From: Actinomycetes bacterium
Lineage (GTDB): Bacteria; Actinomycetota; Thermoleophilia; Solirubrobacterales; 70-9
NCBI GenBank assembly: GCA_023434465.1
Contig: JAEYSQ010000082.1
Span: 1,176-65,175, forward strand
Direction: 5' to 3'
Length of the DNA: 64,000 bases
The notes below the pieces were generated by a model. It worked only from the letters and a program-made list of their open reading frames with translations. It did no database searches and had not been told where the DNA came from. The stretch's first letter is position 1. Every line of letters begins with the position of its first letter. Positions 35,476 through 43,723 of the stretch are shown here, one piece after another. The translations under genes and the position numbers were made by a program.

Positions 35476-36846
35476 CTACTTCAGGGTGCGGATCAGCTTC
35501 TTGTTGACGAATTCCTGGATTCCGTAGGTGCCGAGCTCCCGGCCGAAGCCGGAGCGTTTGACGCCACCGAAGGGCAGTTCGGCTCCGTCGAGACCGACTC
35601 CGTTGACGAAGACCATGCCGGTATCGAGTTTCTCGGCTACTCGCTGCGCCTGGTCGGGGTCATTCGAGAAAACGTAGGAACCGAGACCGAACGGCGTGTC
35701 ATTGGCCAGCTCGATCGCCTCGTCTTCGCTGCCGACCCTGTAGACGGTGGCTACCGGGCCAAAGAACTCCTCGCGGTACGCGTCGTTGTCCTCGGACACC
35801 TCGGTCAGCACGGTCGCCGGGAAGAAGTTTCCTTCCCGTTCGCCACCGACCGCGACCGTCGCGCCCTGGGCGACCGCCCGGTCGAGCTGTTCCTGAAGCC
35901 GTTCGGTCGCGGTTTCAGAAGAAAGCGGACCGATCGCGGTTTCGTCCGAAGTCGGATCACCTGGCTCGACACTCTTCATCTTTTCCGTGAAGCTGTCGAG
36001 GAACTGGTCGTAGAGCTCGTCGGTCACGATGAACCGCTTGGCTGCGTTGCAGGACTGTCCCGTGTTGTCCAGTCGCGCATCCACGGCCGACTGAACCGCT
36101 TCTTCCAGGTCGTCGGCACCGAGCAAAATGAACGGGTCGGAGCCGCCGAGTTCGAGCACCACCTTCTTCAGGTTGCGGCCGGCAACTTCCGCTACCGCAG
36201 CGCCGGCCCGCTCGGAGCCGGTGAGCGAAACGCCGCGGACCCGGGGGTCGGCGATCGCTTCGGCGATCTGGTCGTTGGTCGCCAGGATCGTCTGGTACGC
36301 CTCGGCCGGCAGGCCGGCATCCGACATCATCTTCTGGATCGCCTCGGCCGATTCCGGGCATTGCGGGGCCGGTTTGAGCAGAATCGGATTGCCGACGATC
36401 AGGTTCGGTCCGGCAAATCGAGCCACCTGGTAGTAGGGGAAGTTCCACGGCATGATTCCGATCAGCGGGCCCATCGCCGACTTCCGGACCACCGCGTCAC
36501 CGTCTCCGGCCAGCAGCTCGATCGGTTCGTCGGCCAGCAGCTTCTCGGCATTGTCAGCGTAGAAACCGTAGATGTCACCACAGAAGTCGATCTCACCCAG
36601 AGCCTGCTCGCGCGGCTTTCCCATCTCGCGGATGATGATGTCGGCGAGCTCTTCCCGACGCTCGACGTGCATCTCGCCGACCCGCTTCATGATCGCGGCG
36701 CGCTCGGCCACGGTTGTGTTGCGCGACCAGTCCTGGAAGGTCGCTTCCGCGGCGGCGATCGCCTCTTCGAGTCCGGCGTCCGAGATCGTTGCGTACTCCT
36801 TCACGGTTTCGCCGGTGGCCGGGTTCACAACTGCGTACTCGCTCAT
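35476..36846 (-). CDS. NAD(P)-dependent aldehyde dehydrogenase (succinate-semialdehyde dehydrogenase-like)
   Basis: IMPWNFP, VLELGGSDPF (catalytic Glu), GQSCNAAKRF (catalytic Cys), EEFFGPV. Confidence 0.85.
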   Translation of the reverse strand: MSEYAVVNPATGETVKEYATISDAGLEEAIAAAEATFQDWSRNTTVAERAAIMKRVGEMHVERREELADIIIREMGKPREQALGEIDFCGDIYGFYADNAEKLLADEPIELLAGDGDAVVRKSAMGPLIGIMPWNFPYYQVARFAGPNLIVGNPILLKPAPQCPESAEAIQKMMSDAGLPAEAYQTILATNDQIAEAIADPRVRGVSLTGSERAGAAVAEVAGRNLKKVVLELGGSDPFILLGADDLEEAVQSAVDARLDNTGQSCNAAKRFIVTDELYDQFLDSFTEKMKSVEPGDPTSDETAIGPLSSETATERLQEQLDRAVAQGATVAVGGEREGNFFPATVLTEVSEDNDAYREEFFGPVATVYRVGSEDEAIELANDTPFGLGSYVFSNDPDQAQRVAEKLDTGMVFVNGVGLDGAELPFGGVKRSGFGRELGTYGIQEFVNKKLIRTLK

Positions 36847-36989
36847 GAATCTCCAATCCTCGAATTACGGCTCAGGCGGCACTGGGTGTGCCTCGGTCCA
36901 GCCTAATGGTTGCGCGATCCCGGGGAGCCGGGATTGACGGATTGACCGCCGGGTACCGGTTGAGTCGAACCCGAAAAGGAGAAATCAAA

Positions 36990-37163
36990 ATGACTGATCA
37001 CAAGACAGATGAAGCAAAGGGCCGGGCCAAAGAAGCCGCCGGCGCAGTAACCGGAGACGACGACCTCAAGAAGGAAGGCAAGACCGACCAGGCAGCCGCT
37101 TCGGTCAAGGACAAGGTCGAGGGCGCGGTCGACAAGGTCAAGGACAAACTGAGCGGCAAGTAG
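36990..37163 (+). CDS. CsbD-family stress protein
   Basis: MTDHKTDEAKGRAKEAAGAVTGDDDLKKEGKTDQAAASVKDKVEGAVDKVKDKLSGK. ATG 36990 is preceded by AAAAGGAG. Confidence 0.85.
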   Translation: MTDHKTDEAKGRAKEAAGAVTGDDDLKKEGKTDQAAASVKDKVEGAVDKVKDKLSGK

Positions 37164-37208
37164 CACCGGCGACTGGCGCCAGCCGAGGTCCGGGCATAGG
37201 ATCGTCCC

Positions 37209-37481
37209 ATGTGCCGGAACATCAAACCCCTTTACAACTTCGAGCCCGAGGCGACCGACGACGAGGTCCGTGAAGCCTCCCTCCAGTACGTGAGGAAGAT
37301 CAGCGGCTACAACAAGCCGTCCCGGGTAAATCAGGAAGCTTTCGACCAGGCGGTGGCCGAAGTAGCCGCCGCCTCGTCGCGGCTGCTCGCGTCGCTCGAA
37401 ACCTCGGCTCCGCCGAAAAACCGGGAGCAGGAAGCGAACAAGCGCCGGGCACGCTCGGCAAAGCGTTTCGCCACGGCGTGA
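37209..37481 (+). CDS. DUF2277-family protein
   Basis: The MCRNIKPLYNFEPEATDDEVREASLQYVRKISGYNKPS N-terminus is characteristic of this family, from memory. Confidence 0.75.
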   Translation: MCRNIKPLYNFEPEATDDEVREASLQYVRKISGYNKPSRVNQEAFDQAVAEVAAASSRLLASLETSAPPKNREQEANKRRARSAKRFATA

Positions 37482-38395
37482 GCGCCGCCGATCTGCGCGC
37501 CTGGCGCGAACGCGGGCGGATGGTCGAGGCGACTCCGCTCGGTCATCGTGCATTCCTGATCGAAGAGGGTGACCCGGAAGCCGGACCGGGGGAGACTCTC
37601 GTGCTCCTTCACGGGTTTCCGGAGTCGTCCTACTCGTATTCGGGAGCTTTCCCGCTGCTGACCGGTCGCTTCAGGCGGGTGATCTCGTTCGACTTCATCG
37701 GCTTCGGTTTCTCGGAGAAGCCAGAGCGTGGTTTTGCCTACTCGCTGATCGAGCAGGCGGATCTGGCTCTGCGGCTGATCCGCGAGGCCGGTATCAGCGG
37801 CTGTCACTTCGTCTCCCATGACATGGGGGACTCGGTCATGACCGAACTGCTTGCCCGGCTCAACGCGAACCGGCCGGCCTGGTTCGGCGATGGAATCCAG
37901 AGTGTCAGCTTCACCAACGGCAGCATGATTCTGGACGACGCGAAACTGAGGGTCGGTCAGCGCGCGCTGGTCTCGCCGCTCGGTCCCTGGCTGGCCCGGA
38001 TCACCGACAGCCCGCGGATCTTCGAGAAACAGGTGGTCAGCGCCCAGGGCAACGACCGGCTGACCGAGGAGCAGATCCTCGACATGTACTCGGCCTCGAC
38101 CGCTGACGCGCCGAAGGGACTGATGGCCGAGCTGATCACCTACCTGCGCGAACGACGGCGTTTCGAGAAATCACGCTGGCTGCCGGCGGTTCGCGATTGC
38201 GAGGCGCCGGTCCAGATCTGCTGGGGGACCGACGACGCGGTCGCTCCCGTGGCGATCGCCAGGCGCCTCAAGGCCGAGGTCAAACCGGAAGCCAGGCTGA
38301 CCCTGGTCGAGGGACTCGGTCACTTCGCGCAGATCCAGGACCCGCGGAGCTGGTTTGAAGGTCTGAACCCGTTCTGGGACGGGATCGGGGACTGA
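37478..38395 (+). CDS. alpha/beta hydrolase, Asp-nucleophile (epoxide hydrolase / haloalkane dehalogenase-like)
   Basis: LLHGFPESSYSY and the nucleophile elbow FVSHDMGDSV (an HDxG type). Confidence 0.82.
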   Translation: MSAADLRAWRERGRMVEATPLGHRAFLIEEGDPEAGPGETLVLLHGFPESSYSYSGAFPLLTGRFRRVISFDFIGFGFSEKPERGFAYSLIEQADLALRLIREAGISGCHFVSHDMGDSVMTELLARLNANRPAWFGDGIQSVSFTNGSMILDDAKLRVGQRALVSPLGPWLARITDSPRIFEKQVVSAQGNDRLTEEQILDMYSASTADAPKGLMAELITYLRERRRFEKSRWLPAVRDCEAPVQICWGTDDAVAPVAIARRLKAEVKPEARLTLVEGLGHFAQIQDPRSWFEGLNPFWDGIGD

Positions 38396-38402
38396 GTCCG
38401 GG

Positions 38403-39257
38403 TCAGTCCCGGACCGGTTCCTGTTGTTGCCAATATCGCGCGAGGCCGGACCACATTCCCTCGAAAGGCCCGGCCCGCCAATAGGTGTCGATCCGGTCCG
38501 GATCGCCTCCGGTCTCGCTGCCCAGCCATTCGCGGATCCAGGCCGCCATCTGGTCAGCGTCCGTCTCACGGGCCTTGCTGGCGAAGAGATCCAGCGATTC
38601 ATGCATCATCGCGATCTGATTCTGGACATCGGTCGACTGGCCGAAGTGCTGGAAGGCGATCCGTTCCGGTTTCCAGGCGGCGACGATTTCCAGTGATTGA
38701 TGCCACAGCGGCGGGTCGATGTCGGGTGGGGGAGTTGGCGGGAAGGCGGGACCGCCATCGATCCGGACTCCGGTCACGTCCCCGGTGAAGGCGGTCTTCG
38801 ACGGTTGGTGGAAGTAACAGACGTGGTGCTTGGCGTGGCCTGGGGTGTACTCGACTTGCCAGGGTCCGTCGGCTTCTCCCCCTTTGAGGATCCGGATGTT
38901 CCGTTCCGGCACCGGCACGACTTCGCCCCACATCACGTCGAAATACTCGCCGAAAACCTGACGGGCGCTGCTGACCAGCCGTTCGGGATCGACCATGTGC
39001 CGGGCGCCGGCTTCATGGACCCAGACTTCGACCTCGGGGAACCGCTCGACCAGGCGCCCGGTTGCTCCGGCGTGATCGAAGTGGATGTGGGTGAGCAGGA
39101 TCGCCTGCGGCACCTCGTCGCCCAGCGCTTCGAGCACCCGTTCCACGGTTTTCTCGGCGCCGGGGTCGACGATGACGCCGTCGAACAGGTGAGCGGCTAT
39201 CGCGCCCGGCTGATCGAAATGGAAGAGGTCGACAGTTTCGGGTACATCGGTTCGCAT
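38403..39257 (-). CDS. MBL-fold metallo-hydrolase
   Basis: LLTHIHFDHAG (HxHxDH) and TPGHAKHHV. Start set at ATG 39257 (MRTDVPE); the upstream 194 codons of the track ORF shadow the divergent gene. Confidence 0.85.
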   Translation of the reverse strand: MRTDVPETVDLFHFDQPGAIAAHLFDGVIVDPGAEKTVERVLEALGDEVPQAILLTHIHFDHAGATGRLVERFPEVEVWVHEAGARHMVDPERLVSSARQVFGEYFDVMWGEVVPVPERNIRILKGGEADGPWQVEYTPGHAKHHVCYFHQPSKTAFTGDVTGVRIDGGPAFPPTPPPDIDPPLWHQSLEIVAAWKPERIAFQHFGQSTDVQNQIAMMHESLDLFASKARETDADQMAAWIREWLGSETGGDPDRIDTYWRAGPFEGMWSGLARYWQQQEPVRD

Positions 39258-39329
39258 GCCGGCGAAACTATCGGAAGCGAAGGCAATAACCTTTGTCCCG
39301 TGGCGCCCGGAAGAAGAGCGACGGAGGGG

Positions 39330-41279
39330 GTGGGGGTTCGCAGAGCGACGCTGCTCTGGCTTGGTCTGCTGATCGCCTTCTTGCTGGGCTGGCCTCCCTC
39401 CGATTCCGCGCATGGCCGTCTGGCCAACGCGGAGCCCGCCGCGGCGAGGGAACTGGCCGAGAAGTACGTGCCGGTCATGATGATCCGGGAGCAGGGCGAT
39501 GACCTTTGCGAAACCGAGGTCGAGCAATATCAGGTGATGCCGGTCGACGCGCTCTTCGACAACCGGGGCGTGACCCTGAACCGGACTTCCGATACGTCGG
39601 TGATCAAGCGGGCGCCCGGGGTCGAGGACCTTCGGAATCGCGGCGAAGAGGCGTACATCGACCTGCCTGGCGACCCGCTCGGCGAGACCTGCATCTACGC
39701 CAGGGACTTCGACCAGATGCGACAGGACGGCCGGGCTCCGGTCGTCGTCTACGCCCACATAGCCCATGAGAAGGGCCGCGGGGGACTCGCCCTCCAGTAC
39801 TGGTTCTATTGGTATTTCAACCAGTTCAACGATCTGCACGAGAGCGACTGGGAAGGCATGCAGATCACCTTCGATGCCGAGACAGCCCGGGAGGCACTAG
39901 CCGAGGAACCCGGCGAGATGATCCTCTTCCAGCACGGTGGCGGAGAACGGGCCGATTGGGACGACAACAAGGTCGAGAAGGAGGGCGACCACCCGGTCGT
40001 CTATCCGGCGGCCGGATCGCACGCGACGTTCTATCAATCGGCGATCTTCCCGCAGAACGGGTGGAACGGTGCCGGGGTCGGTTGTGACAACACCTCCGAG
40101 CCACTGAGCGAGCTACGACCGCGGCCGGTCCTGCTGCCCGACCAGGCGACCGGCCAGGGTCGGTTTGCCTGGCTTTCCTTCGACGGCCGTTGGGGTCAGA
40201 AGGAGAAGGCGTTCAATAACGGCCCGACCGGGCCCCAAACCAAGGACCAGTGGGCAAAGCCGTTTACCTGGATGGAGGCGCAGCGACGCACCAGTCCCCG
40301 GATGCCCGGTGGCGGGCTGGTCGGGCCCGACGCGGTGAACGCGTTCTGTGGCGTGATGGCGAGCGTGACCGGAGTGATGAATCTCCAGCAGGCCGATCCG
40401 CTTGCCGCCTACCTGCTGGTCGCCGCGTTCCTCCTCATCGTTTTCCTGGTCTTCGGGTACTCGCGGTGGCGGCCTGCCGACGCCGACGAGCTGGAGCAGG
40501 AGCGCGCCTACGGCCAGATAGTCAACGCGTCCCTGCGGCTGTACCGCCGCCATTGGCGCAGCTTCGCGGTGCTGGGTGCGATTGCGATTCCGATCGTCGG
40601 GGGAACCCAGGCGCTCGGCGGCTGGCTCGGTGATGCGTCACAGGGCGACGGGCTGCTCCAGACCCTCTCGGACCTGATTCTCGGTCTGGGCCGACCGGTT
40701 GCCCAGACCCTGGTCTCGGCTCTGGTCATCGTCTTCGTGCGCGAACTGGTGCGGGAACGACCGACCTCCGTGAAGGGATCGGTCGCCGGGACCCTCGATC
40801 AGTTTTGGCGGGTGGTGACCGCGAAACTGCTTTCGATCATCGGAGTGAGCCTGTTGGCGATCACGGTGATCGGCATCCCGTTCGCGATCCGCTTTCTGGT
40901 GACCTGGACCTTCGTCCAGCAGGAAGTCCTCTTTTCCGGCCGTTCGGTCCGCGAGTCGTTCAGCTCCAGTACCGACCTGGTCCGCGGACACTGGTGGCGA
41001 ACCGTCCGCACGATGGTGCCGTTGCTCCTGTTGCTGGCCATCGTCGGCCCGTTCCTGGGACTGATCCTGATCTTTACCTCACTACCGCTGCTTCTGGTCA
41101 ACCTGATCGGTTCGGTCGTCTTCGCGATGGCGATCCCTTTTGTGACCACCGGCACGACCCTGCTCTATTTCGACCTCAAGGCCCGGGTCAGGCAGGAGGG
41201 TCTGGTGCCGCGCCGTTCCTGGGCACCGTGGCGCCCCGGACGGTTCGGTCGCCACGCCGGACAGCCGACTGCGAATTAG
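39330..41279 (+). CDS. membrane protein: signal/anchor + Vps62/DUF946-like ectodomain + polytopic C-terminal domain
   Basis: Signal-like RRATLLWLGLLIAFLLGWPPSDSAHG. The ectodomain carries LQYWFYWYFNQFNDLHESDWEGMQITF and HPVVYPAAGSHATFY. About 6 C-terminal TM helices follow. The start may instead be GTG 39300. The family assignment is from memory and needs an HMM search. Confidence 0.6.
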   Translation: MGVRRATLLWLGLLIAFLLGWPPSDSAHGRLANAEPAAARELAEKYVPVMMIREQGDDLCETEVEQYQVMPVDALFDNRGVTLNRTSDTSVIKRAPGVEDLRNRGEEAYIDLPGDPLGETCIYARDFDQMRQDGRAPVVVYAHIAHEKGRGGLALQYWFYWYFNQFNDLHESDWEGMQITFDAETAREALAEEPGEMILFQHGGGERADWDDNKVEKEGDHPVVYPAAGSHATFYQSAIFPQNGWNGAGVGCDNTSEPLSELRPRPVLLPDQATGQGRFAWLSFDGRWGQKEKAFNNGPTGPQTKDQWAKPFTWMEAQRRTSPRMPGGGLVGPDAVNAFCGVMASVTGVMNLQQADPLAAYLLVAAFLLIVFLVFGYSRWRPADADELEQERAYGQIVNASLRLYRRHWRSFAVLGAIAIPIVGGTQALGGWLGDASQGDGLLQTLSDLILGLGRPVAQTLVSALVIVFVRELVRERPTSVKGSVAGTLDQFWRVVTAKLLSIIGVSLLAITVIGIPFAIRFLVTWTFVQQEVLFSGRSVRESFSSSTDLVRGHWWRTVRTMVPLLLLLAIVGPFLGLILIFTSLPLLLVNLIGSVVFAMAIPFVTTGTTLLYFDLKARVRQEGLVPRRSWAPWRPGRFGRHAGQPTAN

Positions 41280-41890
41280 GGCGCAGCCGGCGGGGAGGCG
41301 AGTACGCCGCGAACGGCAGACTCGAGGGCGGCGAGCGGATCGATCACCCGTTCGCGGCGCGTGATCAGGATCGCGGTCGGCAGATCGACCACGCAGACGG
41401 CGACCGTCTCGATCGCTGCCCTGTCCCGGCGGTTCCAGAGTCCGACCGAGAGCCGCCTGAGGACGGCCAGCAACCGGTCGTCCAGCTCTACCAGTTTTGT
41501 GCGAAGTTCTTTCGACATCTCCTGACCGAGAATCTCGTCTCTGCGAAAGCGCAAGAGAACGGTGGCGGTATCGGGCGCCTCCCTTTCGATCTCCGCCGGT
41601 ACCGAGGCCACCGCGACGGTGGCGTCGACGGCCAGTCCATGGTCGTTGCTTTCGCCGAGAATGCGGTCGGTCGTCTGCTCCTGGACGGTCAGGAAGCGGT
41701 TGGCGGCCCGCAGCCACATCCGACCCAGCAGATCGGTGCGGGAACCGAAGGCGTGGTAGAGGGTGCCGCTGGAAGCTCCGGTCAGCTCGGCGAGGGCCCG
41801 GATCGTCACGCCGGAGCCTCCCTTGGCGGCGAGCAGATGCTCGGCGGCGTCGAGCAGGGCGTCGATGTCGTGGGTTCGGGGGCGGGCCAT
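41276..41890 (-). CDS. TetR/AcrR-family transcriptional regulator
   Basis: HTH DALLDAAEHLLAAKGGSGVTIRALAELTGASSGTLYHAFGSR. Its stop overlaps the convergent stop of the preceding gene (TTAG). Confidence 0.85.
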   Translation of the reverse strand: MARPRTHDIDALLDAAEHLLAAKGGSGVTIRALAELTGASSGTLYHAFGSRTDLLGRMWLRAANRFLTVQEQTTDRILGESNDHGLAVDATVAVASVPAEIEREAPDTATVLLRFRRDEILGQEMSKELRTKLVELDDRLLAVLRRLSVGLWNRRDRAAIETVAVCVVDLPTAILITRRERVIDPLAALESAVRGVLASPPAAP

Positions 41891-41907
41891 CCAAGAAATT
41901 ATATCCC

Positions 41908-41934
41908 ATGTTCTAGAACAAATGTGCTAGAACT
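41908..41934. promoter_or_regulatory. candidate TetR operator: tandem ATGTnCTAGAAC repeats
   Basis: cATGTTCTAGAACa-aATGTGCTAGAACt. The first copy contains the perfect palindrome GTTCTAGAAC. It lies in the AT-richer divergent region between the TetR and the crotonase gene. Confidence 0.4.
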
Positions 41935-41969
41935 TGGGAAACGTCCAACCCAGCTTGCAGGAGCAGACC

Positions 41970-42662
41970 ATGACCTCAGAGACCGGCGCAATGCCCTCCC
42001 TCGAACGGGAAGGCGATGTCTTCCTCCTTGACCTCGGCGACGGGGAGAACCGCTTCAATCCTGATCGCAATCAGATCCTGGAAGAGCTGCTTTCGGAAGT
42101 GGAGGCTGCCGCCGCCCCCCGCGCCCTCGTCACCCTGGCCAGCGGCAAGTTCTGGTCGAACGGTCTTGATCTGGAGTGGTTCCAGGCCAACCAAGACCGG
42201 GTCCAGGAGGCGCTCGACCAGACCGAGCGTCTGGTCGCCACCGTGCTCGGAGCCGGGATCCCGACCGTGGCTGCGATCCAGGGTCACTGTTTTGCTGCCG
42301 GCGCGATGTTCGCCCTGGCTCACGATCACCTGATCATGCGCGATGACCGCGGCTACTTCTGCTTGCCGGAGGCCGATCTCGGACTGCCGTTCACCCCCGG
42401 GATGAACGCGTTGCTCATCGACCGCCTGCCTCGCCGGACCGCCCACGAGGTGATGGTGACCGGCCGGAGGTTCGGTGGCGGGGAGGCCGCCGCTCTCGGC
42501 ATCGTCGACGCGGTCAAGCCCGAGGCGGAACTGCTACCCGCGGCGATCGAACGGGCCGCCGGACAGGCGGCCAAGAATCCGGAGACCCTGCGGGCGATCA
42601 AGGGCCGGAGCTACGAACGGACGATCGAACTTCTGGAGACCTCGCATCCGCTCGGCACCTGA
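41970..42662 (+). CDS. enoyl-CoA hydratase/isomerase (crotonase) family protein
   Basis: FWSNGLDL, AAIQGHCFAAGAMFALAHD, EADLGLPF. ATG 41970 lies 6 nt after AGGAG. Confidence 0.85.
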   Translation: MTSETGAMPSLEREGDVFLLDLGDGENRFNPDRNQILEELLSEVEAAAAPRALVTLASGKFWSNGLDLEWFQANQDRVQEALDQTERLVATVLGAGIPTVAAIQGHCFAAGAMFALAHDHLIMRDDRGYFCLPEADLGLPFTPGMNALLIDRLPRRTAHEVMVTGRRFGGGEAAALGIVDAVKPEAELLPAAIERAAGQAAKNPETLRAIKGRSYERTIELLETSHPLGT

Positions 42663-42717
42663 CCGATACCGCTTGACAATTGACCTCCGGGCGGTAGGTG
42701 CGATCCTGACTTGACAG

Positions 42718-42734
42718 ATACCCTAGGGGGGTAT
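42718..42734. promoter_or_regulatory. CsoR-type operator overlapping the copper-operon promoter
   Basis: ATACCC-taggg-GGGTAT is a GC-tract inverted repeat of the CsoR-box type. It sits between a TTGACA (42711-42716) and a TAGGGT -10-like hexamer (42734-42739, 17-nt spacing). csoR is the last gene of the operon. Confidence 0.6.
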
Positions 42735-42745
42735 AGGGTTACGGC

Positions 42746-43723
42746 ATGAATACGGTCACCCGACTCGCTCTGTACGGCGCCGGACTCGTCCTCGTCTTCG
42801 GAGTCATGTTCTTCGCCGGACGCGCGCTGGTCCCGGACGACACCGTCGCGACCTGGACCCGCGAAGCCGAGGAATCGAGCGCCGAACACGAAGAAATGGA
42901 AGCTGTCGGTCAGGGCGACGGCCACGATCAGGCCAGCGGCCATGAGGACGCGGGCGCGTCTCACGTCCGCGGTCTTTCGGTCGAACAGGACGGCTACCGG
43001 CTGAGCCCCGTCGATGCGCCGGACCGGGCCGGAGAGGAAGGCCAGCTTTCTTTCCAAGTGATCGGAAGCGAAGGTGTACCCCTCACGGACTTCGCCATCA
43101 ATCACCAGAAGAGACTCCATCTGATTGCCGTCCGTTCGGACGGGGCCGGGTTCCAGCATCTCCACCCGTCCCTGGACCCGGGCACCGGTACCTGGAGCGT
43201 GCCGGTCACCTGGCCGGAGGGTGGCACCTACCGTGTCTTCACGGACTTCGTTCCCGGCGGCTCAACGGATGCCCCGGATGTGACCCTGGGGCGAAGCGTC
43301 GAGGTCGCTGGCAAGTTCTCCCCGGCGAGCAAGCCGCTGTCCCGCACCGATTCAGTTGACGGCTTCGACGTTTCACTCGCCGGCACCCTGAACGCGGGAA
43401 AGAGCGATGAACTCACGGTCACCGTGAGCAGGGACGGCAAGCCCGAGACCCACCTCGAGCCCTACCTCGGCGCGTTCGGTCACCTGGTTGCCCTTCGTGA
43501 GGGTGACCTCGCCTTCCTGCATGTCCACGCCGAGGAAGACCACGCCGAATCCGATCGGTCGAGTGAAGCCGACGACGAAGGGCACAGCCACGGGAGTCAG
43601 ATGGCCGGGCCGGAGATCGGATTCGTGGCTGAAGTCCCGACCGCGGGTCGCTACCTGCTCTACCTCGACTTCAAGGTCGGGGGAGAGGTCCACACCGCCG
43701 AGTTCGTCCTGGAGGCGAAATGA
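42746..43723 (+). CDS. membrane-anchored His-rich protein of unknown function, first gene of the copper operon
   Basis: N-terminal TM ([19 protein letters not shown]), an acidic/His linker, and two internally similar modules: [17 protein letters not shown]...[10 protein letters not shown] and [18 protein letters not shown]...[10 protein letters not shown]. Its stop overlaps the copA start (ATGA). Confidence 0.6.
   Translation: MNTVTRLALYGAGLVLVFGVMFFAGRALVPDDTVATWTREAEESSAEHEEMEAVGQGDGHDQASGHEDAGASHVRGLSVEQDGYRLSPVDAPDRAGEEGQLSFQVIGSEGVPLTDFAINHQKRLHLIAVRSDGAGFQHLHPSLDPGTGTWSVPVTWPEGGTYRVFTDFVPGGSTDAPDVTLGRSVEVAGKFSPASKPLSRTDSVDGFDVSLAGTLNAGKSDELTVTVSRDGKPETHLEPYLGAFGHLVALREGDLAFLHVHAEEDHAESDRSSEADDEGHSHGSQMAGPEIGFVAEVPTAGRYLLYLDFKVGGEVHTAEFVLEAK

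Noticed and set aside
35410-36906. 498-aa plus-strand ORF. The same applies to other long shadow ORFs at 17755..19002(+), 54777..55766(+), 56520..57767(-), 62555..63616(-), 21580..22747(-) and 14598..15440(-).
   Set aside because: All lie antisense to genes with clear catalytic motifs and have the Arg/Gly/Pro/Asp-heavy composition of non-coding frames in GC-rich DNA.
36932-36956. GATT-N15-GGGTAC upstream of csbD as a possible SigB/SigF-type stress promoter
   Set aside because: It only loosely resembles GTTT-N15-17-GGGTAT, and there is no second line of evidence. Too weak to call as a feature.
38403-41279. Mutually overlapping long N-terminal extensions of the MBL hydrolase (478 aa, minus) and the Vps62-like membrane protein (860 aa, plus)
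   Set aside because: Each extension is antisense to the real coding part of the other gene and lacks motifs. Internal starts (39257 minus; 39300/39330 plus) give a clean divergent pair with a signal peptide on the plus gene.
41276-41279. Convergent genes sharing overlapping stop codons (TTAG: TAG on the plus strand, TAA on the minus strand)
   Set aside because: It is real in the sequence but a trivial consequence of tight packing. There is no functional implication I can support.
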